The notes under the pieces were generated by a model that was not told the DNA's origin, did not search any database, and worked only from the letters and a program-made list of their open reading frames with translations. Below, piece after piece: positions 1-8,261 of a DNA stretch of 64,000 nucleotides. The position numbers were made by a program, and so were the translations under genes. The stretch lies in the IMG/VR virus record IMGVR_UViG_3300020202_000061, positions 283,505-347,504 of that record. One strand, given 5' to 3'. Numbering within the stretch: the first letter of the stretch is position 1; each line of letters begins with the position of its first letter.

Positions 1-345
1 ACTGCCGATCAGCAGGAATCCCTGGTGACCGCGCAGATCGGCGTGGAAGTCTCCAAGCTGACCATCAACAAGCGCACCAACGAGGGTCAGGCCGAACAGG
101 CTTACCTGGAAGCGCTCGCTGCGGGTCAGAAGGCCCAGGCTTTGGTCCTGGGCGAAGAGAACGTGCTGATCCTGAATATGGTCGATAAGGTCCTGGCTAG
201 TCTCGGAAAGAACCCGGAAATCCTGGGCTCGATCAAGCTGCCCTCGACCATGGTCATGGGAGGCGGTTCGTTTGAGGGGGTGGCGGCAATCGTGAAGGAC
301 GCGCTCGGGGGAGCGCCTCGTTCCGAAGCGAAGCTGCCACAGTAA
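1..345 (+). CDS. SPFH/flotillin-like protein, C-terminal part (5' truncated by window)
   Basis: Ala/Glu/Gln-rich coiled-coil (EGQAEQAYLEALAAGQKAQ) then 'PSTMVMGG' tail; frame is open from base 1. Confidence 0.5.
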   Translation, partial: TADQQESLVTAQIGVEVSKLTINKRTNEGQAEQAYLEALAAGQKAQALVLGEENVLILNMVDKVLASLGKNPEILGSIKLPSTMVMGGGSFEGVAAIVKDALGGAPRSEAKLPQ

Positions 346-351
346 GGGGGA

Positions 352-386
352 GAGCCAGGGCGGACTGGGGGAGTCCGCTCTGGTTC
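352..386 (+). terminator. Stem-loop downstream of first gene
   Basis: GAGCCAGGGCGGACT-GGGGG-AGTCCGCTCTGGTTC, about 15-bp stem followed by CTTT. Confidence 0.5.
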
Positions 387-400
387 CTTTAGAGGGAAAC

Positions 401-655
401 ATGTTGAAATCCAGCCGTATTCGAATCTCATACGAGACCACCAAGGGCTATTCCGGTCGTTGGTCGCTGGATTCCAAGAATATTCGTGCAGACATTTCCG
501 AGCCCGGTGTTGAGGCCGCACTCCAGGCTCTGGTCGAAATCACCAGGATTTTGTCCGTCGCAGGTCGAGGCACAGAGGCCGTGTCCAAGGTTAATCAAAC
601 CCATATCGAAACCAGCAACATCATTGCTTCCTATCGAAAGGCAACATCATCATGA
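401..655 (+). CDS. Hypothetical protein
   Basis: ORF with GAGGG RBS; overlaps next start. Confidence 0.6.
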   Translation: MLKSSRIRISYETTKGYSGRWSLDSKNIRADISEPGVEAALQALVEITRILSVAGRGTEAVSKVNQTHIETSNIIASYRKATSS

Positions 656-885
656 TCATGACCATTCTGGTTTGCGCTGCTGGCCTTGTGGCGGCCGATT
701 GCCAATCGAACACTGCCAAGCGGATGTTTCCCGGCGTCGAAGTGAAAAATGAGTTAGAGTGCATGTTCGCCGGAATCCAGTATGCGGCGAGCCTCCCGGC
801 CGTGCAGGAACTCGTCAAGGATCGAGAATACTACGTGAAGGTTCAGTGCACAGAAACAACCATAGGCATCGAAAATCATGGATGA
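652..885 (+). CDS. Hypothetical secreted/Cys-containing small protein
   Basis: Hydrophobic N-terminus; ATGA overlap. Confidence 0.6.
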   Translation: MIMTILVCAAGLVAADCQSNTAKRMFPGVEVKNELECMFAGIQYAASLPAVQELVKDREYYVKVQCTETTIGIENHG

Positions 886-1066
886 CGCATTCGGTCCACT
901 GTTCCTACTCGGGATGATATTCACCCTAGGCGGGGCCACCCTCGGGAAGGTCGTGCTCGGATTTTCGTGGTGGGGTGGATTTGGTATTCTGGTGGCACTC
1001 TTGGTGTTCATCGGAATGATCATCGTATTCTTGTACACCACCGCGAATAAGTCCGAAACCGATTGA
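878..1066 (+). CDS. Small two-TM membrane protein
   Basis: Two hydrophobic segments. Confidence 0.6.
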   Translation: MDDAFGPLFLLGMIFTLGGATLGKVVLGFSWWGGFGILVALLVFIGMIIVFLYTTANKSETD

Positions 1067-1848
1067 TGTTCTACGTGATCCAGAGGAATCTTCTGAATGA
1101 GGCGGACTTTGCCCGTCTGGTCGAGGCGGTAACCCGCTATGATCTGGATCATTGTTTTGTCGATATCATCCCGTTCACGAGCAGCCTCCAGGAGGAGATC
1201 GAACCGAAGCAGCCCTGCATGATCTTCGGTTCGACTACGTTGGCCAGGATCGCATCCGAGCGCGATTGGACTCCGGGATCATTCCTGAATGAGAATCATG
1301 ACGCACGTGTTTGGATTCCCGCTTATGGACCACATGCGTTGAACGCGGATGCGATCTTCTGCACATTCGGTGATGTCCCGGAACAATGGGACCCCTTCTT
1401 CATCCGTCCCTGCTTGGACTCGAAGAGCTTTACCGGAGAAGTATTGGACCGTAAGGAATTCGCGGAATGGCAGGACAAGGTTTTGCGTAGTGGAGCGACC
1501 ATCGACGGGAATACCCCGGTAATGATCGCTGAGCCCACTCAGATCAATGCGGAGTACCGTTTCTTCATCGTAGATGGTCAGGTCATTACCGGGTCCATCT
1601 ACAAGCTCGACGGCCGAGCCATGACGCTACCCTGGAACCGCAACACCACTGTTCCGCTCGACACGGATGTCACAGAGTTTGCGAGGGAGCGAGCCGCCCA
1701 ATGGAGTCCAGCCCGTGGATATGTGCTGGACATCGCACGTACGCCCATGGGGTTGAAGGTGATCGAGATCAACAACCTGAACAGTGCGGGATTCTACAAG
1801 TCAGATATCAGTCTGATCCTGCAAGCCATCGAGGTCATGGAATGGTGA
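1063..1848 (+). CDS. ATP-grasp domain protein (DUF4343/R2K-like)
   Basis: FFIRP..SKSFTG, EYRFFIVDGQVITGSIY, YVLDIA...KVIEINNLNSAGFY motifs. Confidence 0.8.
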   Translation: MMFYVIQRNLLNEADFARLVEAVTRYDLDHCFVDIIPFTSSLQEEIEPKQPCMIFGSTTLARIASERDWTPGSFLNENHDARVWIPAYGPHALNADAIFCTFGDVPEQWDPFFIRPCLDSKSFTGEVLDRKEFAEWQDKVLRSGATIDGNTPVMIAEPTQINAEYRFFIVDGQVITGSIYKLDGRAMTLPWNRNTTVPLDTDVTEFARERAAQWSPARGYVLDIARTPMGLKVIEINNLNSAGFYKSDISLILQAIEVMEW

Positions 1849-2438
1849 AGAAGATTGATCGATCCTGGACGTTCAACGGACGTTATCACGATGAGACCTA
1901 CCATATCACCGTGAAGAAACTTCCGGAAGAACTCGATCAGAAGCACCTGAAAGGGTTGCTCACGCTCTATGTGCATCGTCTGCGTGAGTTCTATGGAGAC
2001 GGTACCTATCCGGTGAGTTCGAAAATTGGCTATGGTTTGCGAGACCTCGGTCTGGTCGAGCAGGCCGGGAATGCATGGAATTCGTATCTGGTCTGGTCCC
2101 CACAGGTTAAGAGGTTCATGGAGGCACGTCAGCGGAAGTGCACGCATGAATGGAGGCGTTGTCACATTCCGAGTGTCTACCTCAGGGAAATATACTGCAA
2201 ACACTGCGGGAAGAACTTGCCCGAGAACAAGCGGACCATCAACCCGTATGAGGTTCGCGACCTCCTGGGCGAGCACTACAATCACACCTTCAAGAGAGCA
2301 GTGGATGTGCTCTGGAACGATCCACTGCCGTTGCGTGAGCGCAAGGCCAAGCTTCAAGAGTGGGCCACTCAGGTAAAGCAGAAGAACGAATCCTACAAGC
2401 ACAGCAAGCACGAATCTCGTGCCGAATACGGAGCCTGA
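1842..2438 (+). CDS. Hypothetical protein with Zn-finger-like Cys/His motif
   Basis: ATG at 1842 overlaps previous stop; CTHEW...CKHCG. Confidence 0.6.
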   Translation: MVKKIDRSWTFNGRYHDETYHITVKKLPEELDQKHLKGLLTLYVHRLREFYGDGTYPVSSKIGYGLRDLGLVEQAGNAWNSYLVWSPQVKRFMEARQRKCTHEWRRCHIPSVYLREIYCKHCGKNLPENKRTINPYEVRDLLGEHYNHTFKRAVDVLWNDPLPLRERKAKLQEWATQVKQKNESYKHSKHESRAEYGA

Positions 2439-2440
2439 TC

Positions 2441-2764
2441 ATGGACAACAGAATGACCTGGGAAGAGATAGGCGAAATCTTCGGGGGTAAGCTCATCCCG
2501 ATGGATGTGGCCAAACTCATCTACGAGGATAAGCACGATCTCACATCAGAGCAACTCCGCGATAAGCTCAAGGGGATCGCTGCGACTCGTGAACACTTCC
2601 AGAGCTACACGGACTGGGACTATCTGACCTCATTGGCCGAGAGCATCGGCAAGAACCGGGCGGGGGAGTTCAACAAGTACGACACGGGTCGTCTCCTGGA
2701 GATCGCGCGTCGAATCAATCCTCAGCACTTTGTCGTGCCCAAGAAAGAAGGGATGCGCTGCTAG
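2441..2764 (+). CDS. Hypothetical protein
   Basis: GGAG RBS before ATG 2441. Confidence 0.6.
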   Translation: MDNRMTWEEIGEIFGGKLIPMDVAKLIYEDKHDLTSEQLRDKLKGIAATREHFQSYTDWDYLTSLAESIGKNRAGEFNKYDTGRLLEIARRINPQHFVVPKKEGMRC

Positions 2765-3159
2765 ACCACCCAGGTCTGGCTGGGGGTGTGGAAGTCGCGC
2801 TTGCGGATGACCGTCTTGGCGATGATCTTCAAACGGCGGTCACGGCGATCCACATCCAGGACGAATGGCACATTCAGGTCGTTCCGGGTGTCCTTGAACA
2901 CGCCCTGAGCGCCCGGCTCCAATAGAGCGATCTGACGCCCGTGCTGGGCGATCTCCTGCTGGAATAGATGGATGATCTCCTGAACGCCTATAGGAGCCTT
3001 GTTGCGGGCGTCCCCAAGGCGTTCCTTCCAATGCCGGGACATAACCAGCCCCAAGCCCACAGCCTGCCACAGGCGATCCAGATAGCGCTCCAACTGAGTC
3101 AGCCCGGACGCACCGAGGTTGCTCATTGGATTATCTTCGAGGAGAGCCAGCAATCGCAT
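2761..3159 (-). CDS. Late protein, possible RelE/RegB-like (BECR-fold) RNase
   Basis: SRHWKERL and KTVIRK motifs; TAAATA 5 nt upstream; N-terminal LxE. Confidence 0.5.
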   Translation of the reverse strand: MRLLALLEDNPMSNLGASGLTQLERYLDRLWQAVGLGLVMSRHWKERLGDARNKAPIGVQEIIHLFQQEIAQHGRQIALLEPGAQGVFKDTRNDLNVPFVLDVDRRDRRLKIIAKTVIRKRDFHTPSQTWVV

Positions 3160-3169
3160 GGAAATATTT

Positions 3170-3202
3170 AGGCCCCCTGAAGAGGAGGGCTTCAGGGGGC
3201 CT
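3170..3202. terminator. Perfect 13-bp inverted repeat / hairpin
   Basis: AGGCCCCCTGAAG-aggaggg-CTTCAGGGGGCCT. Confidence 0.65.
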
Positions 3203-3323
3203 TATGGCCGTCAGCGGAAAGCTTCAGGCAGGTTCTGGGTTCTTCCTGACCGACCACCATCAACCCAGAAGGTTGGCCCGGACATCGCACACGGCCAGGA
3301 GGGCAAACTCACAGCGCGGCGAT
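3170..3323 (-). ncRNA. Candidate ~150-nt small RNA
   Basis: Bounded by a sigma70 promoter (3358-3330) and hairpin (3170-3202); internal stem TTCTGGGTT/AACCCAGAA; no RBS-led ORF. Confidence 0.45.
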
Positions 3324-3329
3324 AGGATA

Positions 3330-3358
3330 CTTATAGCAAATTCCGAGATGGTCGTCAA
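3330..3358 (-). promoter_or_regulatory. sigma70-type promoter
   Basis: TTGACG-N17-TATAAG on minus strand. Confidence 0.65.
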
Positions 3359-3393
3359 GACAATAATATCCTTAAATATCGGGGAGGTGAATT

Positions 3394-4140
3394 ATGGAGA
3401 AAACCCGCTACCGTACCGTGTTTGTTCGGGATACACACCTCGGAACCCGTGGGTGCAAAGCGGTGGAATTGGGAAATTTTCTCAGTCGGGTTCAGTGCGA
3501 CACCCTCTATCTGATCGGCGACATAATCGATTTCTGGAAGTTTCGTTCCGGGTGGTATTGGCCGAAGGCTCATTCCGAGGTGATTCGTTGTCTCCTGCGT
3601 ATGCGGATGGACGGAACCCGCCTGATTTACATACCGGGTAATCATGACGATCTCCTCCGTCATCTCGACGGAGTTGAGTTCGGCGGATTACGAATTGATG
3701 AATCCGTCATTCATGAGTGTCTGGACGGTCGTCGTCTCTGGATCACCCACGGAGATCAGTTCGATCCGGTGGTCCGGAACTATCCCTGGCTTGGCATCCT
3801 CGGTACGCAACTTCTCGATTTGCTGATCCAGTTCAGTCAATGGCTGCGCAAGAACAAGCTGATTCCAAAGCTAGGCAAGTTCTCCCTGGCCAATTACGTC
3901 GCCGACAAGGGCAAGACCAATACCCGAGTGATCGACAATTTCGAACGGGCCATTACCGCCGCGACCAAACGCAAACGCCTGGATGGTGTGGTGTGTGGTC
4001 ATACCCATCAACCGAAAATTCTTGAAATTAACGAGGTTGTTTACTACAATGATGGTGATTGGGTGGAGTCGAATACTGCGCTGGTCGAGCACGTCGATGG
4101 GCGTTTCGAATTAACATGCCCGAATGGAAGGAACGCCTGA
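3394..4140 (+). CDS. plcP: PlcP-like Mn-dependent phospholipase C (LpxH2/calcineurin-like phosphoesterase)
   Basis: DTHLG, GDIID, PGNHD, HGDQFD, CGHTH, GDWVES motifs; WYWP; adjacent GT4 gene. Confidence 0.8.
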   Translation: MEKTRYRTVFVRDTHLGTRGCKAVELGNFLSRVQCDTLYLIGDIIDFWKFRSGWYWPKAHSEVIRCLLRMRMDGTRLIYIPGNHDDLLRHLDGVEFGGLRIDESVIHECLDGRRLWITHGDQFDPVVRNYPWLGILGTQLLDLLIQFSQWLRKNKLIPKLGKFSLANYVADKGKTNTRVIDNFERAITAATKRKRLDGVVCGHTHQPKILEINEVVYYNDGDWVESNTALVEHVDGRFELTCPNGRNA

Positions 4141-4141
4141 C

Positions 4142-4255
4142 ATGGTATCGCTAATTTGTGTGATATTGTTTGCGTGGTGGCTGTGTGATCTCGGCCTTCG
4201 AATTCTGGAGCATCGTCGCCAGAACAAATTCTGGGAAACTCGTAGATCATGGTGA
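4142..4255 (+). CDS. 37-aa single-pass membrane microprotein (not in ORF track)
   Basis: MVSLICVILFAWWLCDLGLRILEHRRQNKFWETRRSW; starts 1 nt after plcP stop and overlaps next start. Confidence 0.5.
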   Translation: MVSLICVILFAWWLCDLGLRILEHRRQNKFWETRRSW

Positions 4256-5241
4256 AGATCGCCATCGTCACCGACGCGTGGGCTCCGCAGATCAACGGGG
4301 TTGTCCGCACGCTCCAGGCCACGGTTGAGCACCTGCGAGCGCGAGATCATCAAGTCATGGTGATTGAGCCCTCCACATTCCACCAGATCGGTATGCCCAC
4401 CTACAACGAGATCGCGATCTCATTGTTTCCGGCCGAACAAGTGCATCGTCGCCTGGACCAGTTCGAACCTGATCGGATTCACATCGCCACCGAAGGCACG
4501 CTGGGTTGGGCTGCACGCGAATATTGTGGACTTGCGGGAATCTCCTTCACGACGAGTTTCCACACGAACTTTCCCGACTACGCGTGGCATCGTATCCGAT
4601 TCCCCCGAGCAATTTCCTGGGCGATCCTCCGTGCGTTCCATTCGATGGCCCGCAAGGTCCTGGTGAACACTCCGGCTATGGTGGAGGAACTCCATCGTAA
4701 CGGGATCACCAACACCGCGATGTGGTCACGTGGATCGGATTTCATCGGTTACCGCAATCTTCCAGCGGACTTCGAGGTTCTCGCCCTGCCAGCACCCAGG
4801 TTTGTTTATGTGGGACGCGTGAGCGTGGAAAAGAACATCGAAGCATTCCTCGACGCGAAACTCCCCGGCACCAAGGTGGTGGTCGGGGATGGACCGGCCC
4901 GAGAGAAGCTCCAACAGAAATACCCCACGGTGCATTTCCTTGGCTACCGCACTGGTCTTGATCTGGCTGGGGCCATCAAGGCGTGCGAGGTCATGGTGTT
5001 TCCGAGCCGCACCGACACGTTCGGTTTGGTCATGATCGAGGCCATGAGCCTGGGGGTGCCCGTGGCGGCTTATCCCGTGATCGGACCCAAGGATGTGGTC
5101 GATCATGGAGTGACCGGGTTCCTCAATGAGGACCTCCGTCTGGCCGCCCTAAACTGTCTCTGGATGAAGCGTCCGATCCAGTATCCAGAACGTTTCACCT
5201 GGGAAACCGCTACGGATCAGTTCGAGGCGGCTTTGGCGTAA
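4249..5241 (+). CDS. agt: GT4 glycosyltransferase, Agt-like (glycosyl-diacylglycerol synthase)
   Basis: IVTDAWAPQINGVVRTL, HIATEG, SFHTNFP, VGRVSVEKNIEAF, FPSRTDTFGLV.EA motifs. Confidence 0.75.
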   Translation: MVKIAIVTDAWAPQINGVVRTLQATVEHLRARDHQVMVIEPSTFHQIGMPTYNEIAISLFPAEQVHRRLDQFEPDRIHIATEGTLGWAAREYCGLAGISFTTSFHTNFPDYAWHRIRFPRAISWAILRAFHSMARKVLVNTPAMVEELHRNGITNTAMWSRGSDFIGYRNLPADFEVLALPAPRFVYVGRVSVEKNIEAFLDAKLPGTKVVVGDGPAREKLQQKYPTVHFLGYRTGLDLAGAIKACEVMVFPSRTDTFGLVMIEAMSLGVPVAAYPVIGPKDVVDHGVTGFLNEDLRLAALNCLWMKRPIQYPERFTWETATDQFEAALA

Positions 5242-5275
5242 ATATTGGAAACCACTCGGTATTCCTGTAAAATGC

Positions 5276-5304
5276 TTGACATTTTCGACATTTTCGAGTA
5301 TAAT
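5276..5304 (+). promoter_or_regulatory. Consensus sigma70 promoter; leaderless def transcript
   Basis: TTGACA-N17-TATAAT, ATG follows after 6 nt. Confidence 0.85.
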
Positions 5305-5310
5305 CCTCCG

Positions 5311-5742
5311 ATGCCGTTGAAGCTGATCCCGGACACCGATCCCGTATTGCATGAGAAGGCCGAACCCGTTCAGAACGTGAACGAGGAAGTCGAGCCCGTG
5401 CTGATGGAAATGATCGCGATCATGGTCCGCGCCGGGGGCGTCGGTTTGGCCGCGCCCCAGGTCGGAATCAAGAAGCGTTTCTTCATCATCGCCTACGGCG
5501 GTCTGACCAACGTCTACATCAATCCGGAGATCGTCAAGTCGGAGCCCAAAACCGTCAATATGGTGGAGGGTTGCCTGAGTTATCCCGGTCAGAATCGTGA
5601 AATTGTTCGTCACGAGCGCATCCGCGTGGCCTACACCACGATCACTGGAGAGCACAAGTCTCACTACGTGAATGGGATGATGGCCCGCATCTTCCAGCAC
5701 GAACTCGATCACCTTGATGGAATTGTTTTCTTGGAACGATAA
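5311..5742 (+). CDS. def: Peptide deformylase
   Basis: GVGLAAPQVG, EGCLS, QHELDHLDG motifs. Confidence 0.95.
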   Translation: MPLKLIPDTDPVLHEKAEPVQNVNEEVEPVLMEMIAIMVRAGGVGLAAPQVGIKKRFFIIAYGGLTNVYINPEIVKSEPKTVNMVEGCLSYPGQNREIVRHERIRVAYTTITGEHKSHYVNGMMARIFQHELDHLDGIVFLER

Positions 5743-5747
5743 AACTC

Positions 5748-5776
5748 TTGACAACCTAGGGGTCTGAGAGTATCTC
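5748..5776 (+). promoter_or_regulatory. sigma70-type promoter (leaderless)
   Basis: TTGACA-N17-TATCTC, ATG 5783 after 6 nt. Confidence 0.6.
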
Positions 5777-5782
5777 GGGGTT

Positions 5783-6664
5783 ATGAGAAGAGCACAAGGC
5801 GGTCAATTCGTCTACGAGGGTGGGCAAGTCATCGGCTTGGAGTTCGGCGCGGATTACGTGGCCGAACACGAATGCGGGATCGAGGACCTACAGCACGAAT
5901 TCGGTATCCCACTGAGACCGACCTGGACCGAATTCGGAATCGAGGCTCGTCGTATCACCAATGTCCCGGAACGTCTGTCCTTGCTGGACTGGGACGCGAG
6001 GGGGACGATGCATCGAGGCATCATCTTCGACGACTACCGCTCCTACAAGCATCGCCTGGACAAGGCTCAGATCGATTCCCTGCAACTGTCCGACCCCAAG
6101 GACAACTGGTGGAGGAACTCGCCTCCGCCGGAATCCCGATTGATCACGGCTTGGAAACGAAATTCGTTTGGATTTCTCGTTCATACCGAAACGCTAGGTC
6201 GGGACATCCTCGCAATCAGTGATCTCTACGACGCGTTCCTGACCATGGACCTTGCCATGTGGGCCAGTGGTAACCAACTCAGCGGCTCCATGCTCCGTGG
6301 GGGTCTGGTCCTGGCCATCGTGAGTCGAGTGCCCGAGAAGTTTCGCGAACACCTAAAGGATCAGGATCAGAACCAACTCGCCCTGGATGAGGCCGCGCAC
6401 CTGACCGGTCTGGTCCAACGTGTGAATGAGGCCCGAGGGCAGCGTCAATGGCCGGATTGGTCACCATTCGCCCATTTCTCACTACGCCCTGCATGGGTTG
6501 CGCAGAAGCAATCCGCACTGAACGGAGCCGAAACCACCTACCCGGTGTGTTTCTGGTTGAATCCGCTCGATCAGAAAAACCAGAAGGCCGGATACTACAC
6601 AGTGGAGCAACTCGATGAGTGGCTTGCCGGTCGTGGTCCGGTCTACAGAGAGGTCACCCAGTGA
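5783..6664 (+). CDS. Hypothetical phage protein
   Basis: 293-aa ORF behind promoter. Confidence 0.7.
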   Translation: MRRAQGGQFVYEGGQVIGLEFGADYVAEHECGIEDLQHEFGIPLRPTWTEFGIEARRITNVPERLSLLDWDARGTMHRGIIFDDYRSYKHRLDKAQIDSLQLSDPKDNWWRNSPPPESRLITAWKRNSFGFLVHTETLGRDILAISDLYDAFLTMDLAMWASGNQLSGSMLRGGLVLAIVSRVPEKFREHLKDQDQNQLALDEAAHLTGLVQRVNEARGQRQWPDWSPFAHFSLRPAWVAQKQSALNGAETTYPVCFWLNPLDQKNQKAGYYTVEQLDEWLAGRGPVYREVTQ

Positions 6665-7128
6665 AGGTTGAAGTCATCCACGAGGACAAGTTTTGGATCG
6701 AGCTACCCACCCGTGACGGTAATGTCCGAGTGGATGCCATGGCTCTGTTCGAGGACCTACCGAATGTTCCGGCCGGTCAGAAGCGTCAGGAGTGGACCAC
6801 GAAGAACTTCCTCGATGACGAGCAACTGTACGCGTTGGATCAGAATGGTATTATCGAGTGGTCTGAATATTCCTGCACGTGTCGTCGTGGCCTCTGGTTC
6901 GACATGTTCCTGCGGGACCTCGGCAATGCCCTGCGCGAGAAGCGCAACCTCCACACTCATGATGGGGGGCCGAACGATTTCACCAACGCCGTGCACTGTC
7001 TGATCGTGAGCATGATCGAGCGCGGTGTGGATGAGAAGGAACCCTGGTTCGGACAGGACTTCCTGCACGTGCAGAAGCTGCTCGAATCCATGGGTCGCCC
7101 CTGTAAGGTTGAGGAGCGCACCGAGTGA
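6661..7128 (+). CDS. Hypothetical protein
   Basis: GTGA overlap; GAGG RBS. Confidence 0.6.
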   Translation: MKVEVIHEDKFWIELPTRDGNVRVDAMALFEDLPNVPAGQKRQEWTTKNFLDDEQLYALDQNGIIEWSEYSCTCRRGLWFDMFLRDLGNALREKRNLHTHDGGPNDFTNAVHCLIVSMIERGVDEKEPWFGQDFLHVQKLLESMGRPCKVEERTE

Positions 7129-7382
7129 AGTTCTACGATCCCATCCGAGAGAAGCCCAAGGTGTCTGAGTGGCATCGCGTGTTTGCGTGGTTGCCCATCC
7201 GCATCCAGGATTATTGGGTCTGGATGGAAACCTACGAGCAACGTCTGTGTTCGTTCAGGAAACCCGATCATTACTCCACCACGTATTGGTGGGAATTCCG
7301 CACCGTCGTGAAACCCTACGCGACCAGCCAGCCGAGGGTAATCGTCACGTCTGGTCCTTCCCAGGAATGCAGTGATTTCTGA
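7125..7382 (+). CDS. Hypothetical Trp-rich protein (WHRVFAWLP motif)
   Basis: GTGA overlap; common small phage protein motif. Confidence 0.6.
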   Translation: MKFYDPIREKPKVSEWHRVFAWLPIRIQDYWVWMETYEQRLCSFRKPDHYSTTYWWEFRTVVKPYATSQPRVIVTSGPSQECSDF

Positions 7383-7720
7383 TGCTGGTAAACCTGATCG
7401 ATGCGCGGTCGAATCGCTACGATGTCCATTGTGATGCGGAGCTTCGACCATCCTGGTTGGACAACGGATTGCCCGGCGCAACGCAATTCCCGGTGATCCG
7501 ACCGAACACGGACATGGCCAAGCCCATGTTGTCTCTGCACATGCCCAACACCTGCTTGATCGAGATCATCAACCTCTGCCAGACCCTGGGATTTCCGGTC
7601 ACCGCATATCTCTATGATCGGGGAACTCAGACCCGAATCCAGACCGAATACAAGCAGGTCGAAACCCTTCTGGAGCAGACAACCACAGAGAAAATCAACG
7701 CTCCAGAAAAAACCTCTTGA
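7382..7720 (+). CDS. Hypothetical protein
   Basis: TGATG coupling. Confidence 0.55.
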   Translation: MLVNLIDARSNRYDVHCDAELRPSWLDNGLPGATQFPVIRPNTDMAKPMLSLHMPNTCLIEIINLCQTLGFPVTAYLYDRGTQTRIQTEYKQVETLLEQTTTEKINAPEKTS

Positions 7721-7745
7721 CTTCCCGAACGGTTTCCCCTAAATA
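7717..7745 (+). promoter_or_regulatory. Promoter of tRNA operon (hybrid -35 plus late motif)
   Basis: TTGACT-N17-TAAATA. Confidence 0.65.
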
Positions 7746-7753
7746 CCCATCAC

Positions 7754-7813
7754 AAGCGGTGCCCAGCGGAGATGGTTGGGAGTAATTAAATGGTGAGTAA
7801 TCATCAGCCGCTT
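7754..7813 (+). ncRNA. Three-way-junction RNA element in tRNA operon 5' leader
   Basis: P1 AAGCGGT/GCCGCTT, P2 CCCAGC/GTTGGG, P3 TGGTGA-GTAA-TCATCA (GNRA loop). Confidence 0.45.
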
Positions 7814-7839
7814 CAACTTTTGAGGAACGAGTTACCACA

Positions 7840-7878
7840 ATGACCCTGATTCGACGCAAACGAAAGATTAGCGCCTAA
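7840..7878 (+). CDS. Putative leader peptide MTLIRRKRKISA
   Basis: GAGGA upstream; codons ATT CGA CGC AAA CGA AAG ATT match the downstream tRNAs. Confidence 0.7.
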   Translation: MTLIRRKRKISA

Positions 7879-7987
7879 TCACTCCGTCAGTCCACGGAGT
7901 GGTTCTAGGCTCCGTGGGTAATGGTACTCTCCCTAACTCCCACCTAAATCTGAGATAGGACGCCCCCACAAGGGGTTGTTGCTGTTT
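7879..7987 (+). promoter_or_regulatory. Putative attenuator (alternative hairpins, C-rich tract, terminator-like stem)
   Basis: TCACTCCGT/ACGGAGTGG versus CCACGGAGT/GCTCCGTGG; C-rich 7926-7945; GCCCC-CACAA-GGGGT then TTGTTGCTGTTT. Confidence 0.6.
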
Positions 7988-8064
7988 GTTCCCGTAGCTC
8001 AACTGGATAGAGCACCAGACTACGAATCTGGCGGTTGGGGGTTCGACTCCCTCCGGGAACGCCA
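7988..8064 (+). tRNA. tRNA-Arg(ACG)
   Basis: Canonical cloverleaf; CCAGA-CT-ACG-AA-TCTGG; encoded CCA. Confidence 0.95.
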
Positions 8065-8083
8065 CAGCACCTATCGACCACAT

Positions 8084-8160
8084 GATCCTGTAGCTCATCG
8101 GACAAGAGCGCCGTCGTGCGAAGGCGGAGGTAGTGGGTTCGATTCCCACCTGGATCGCCA
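8084..8160 (+). tRNA. tRNA-Arg(GCG)
   Basis: CCGTC-GT-GCG-AA-GGCGG; TTCGATT T-loop; CCA; one acceptor mismatch. Confidence 0.85.
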
Positions 8161-8170
8161 AGTAAACCGA

Positions 8171-8243
8171 GACCCAGTAGCTCAATGGAGAGAGCACCGT
8201 CGTTCGAAGGCGGGAGATAGAGGTTCAAGTCCTCTTTGGGTCG
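8171..8243 (+). tRNA. tRNA-Arg(TCG)
   Basis: CCGTC-GT-TCG-AA-GGCGG; GACCCAG/TTGGGTC acceptor; no encoded CCA. Confidence 0.85.
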
Positions 8244-8261
8244 CTAACGAGGAATAGTCCC

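Noticed and set aside
3176-3225. Hammerhead ribozyme (CTGAAGA ... GAAA on plus strand)
   Set aside because: The required stems II and III do not form; CTGAAG is part of the hairpin.
3170-3323. 6S RNA or SRP RNA identity for the candidate sRNA
   Set aside because: Size is compatible, but I cannot see the SRP domain IV motif or a convincing 6S rod with central bubble; left unassigned.
3340-3393. Pho box upstream of plcP
   Set aside because: No clear CTGTCAT-like 11-bp tandem repeat; only a TAAATA motif and RBS.
3394-4140. lpxH (lipid A biosynthesis)
   Set aside because: GNHD rather than GNRD, the WYWP motif and the adjacent Agt-like GT4 fit PlcP better.
7820-7990. tmRNA tag reading frame
   Set aside because: The ORF has its own ATG and RBS, lacks an ANDN...AA tag, and has no tRNA-Ala-like ends.
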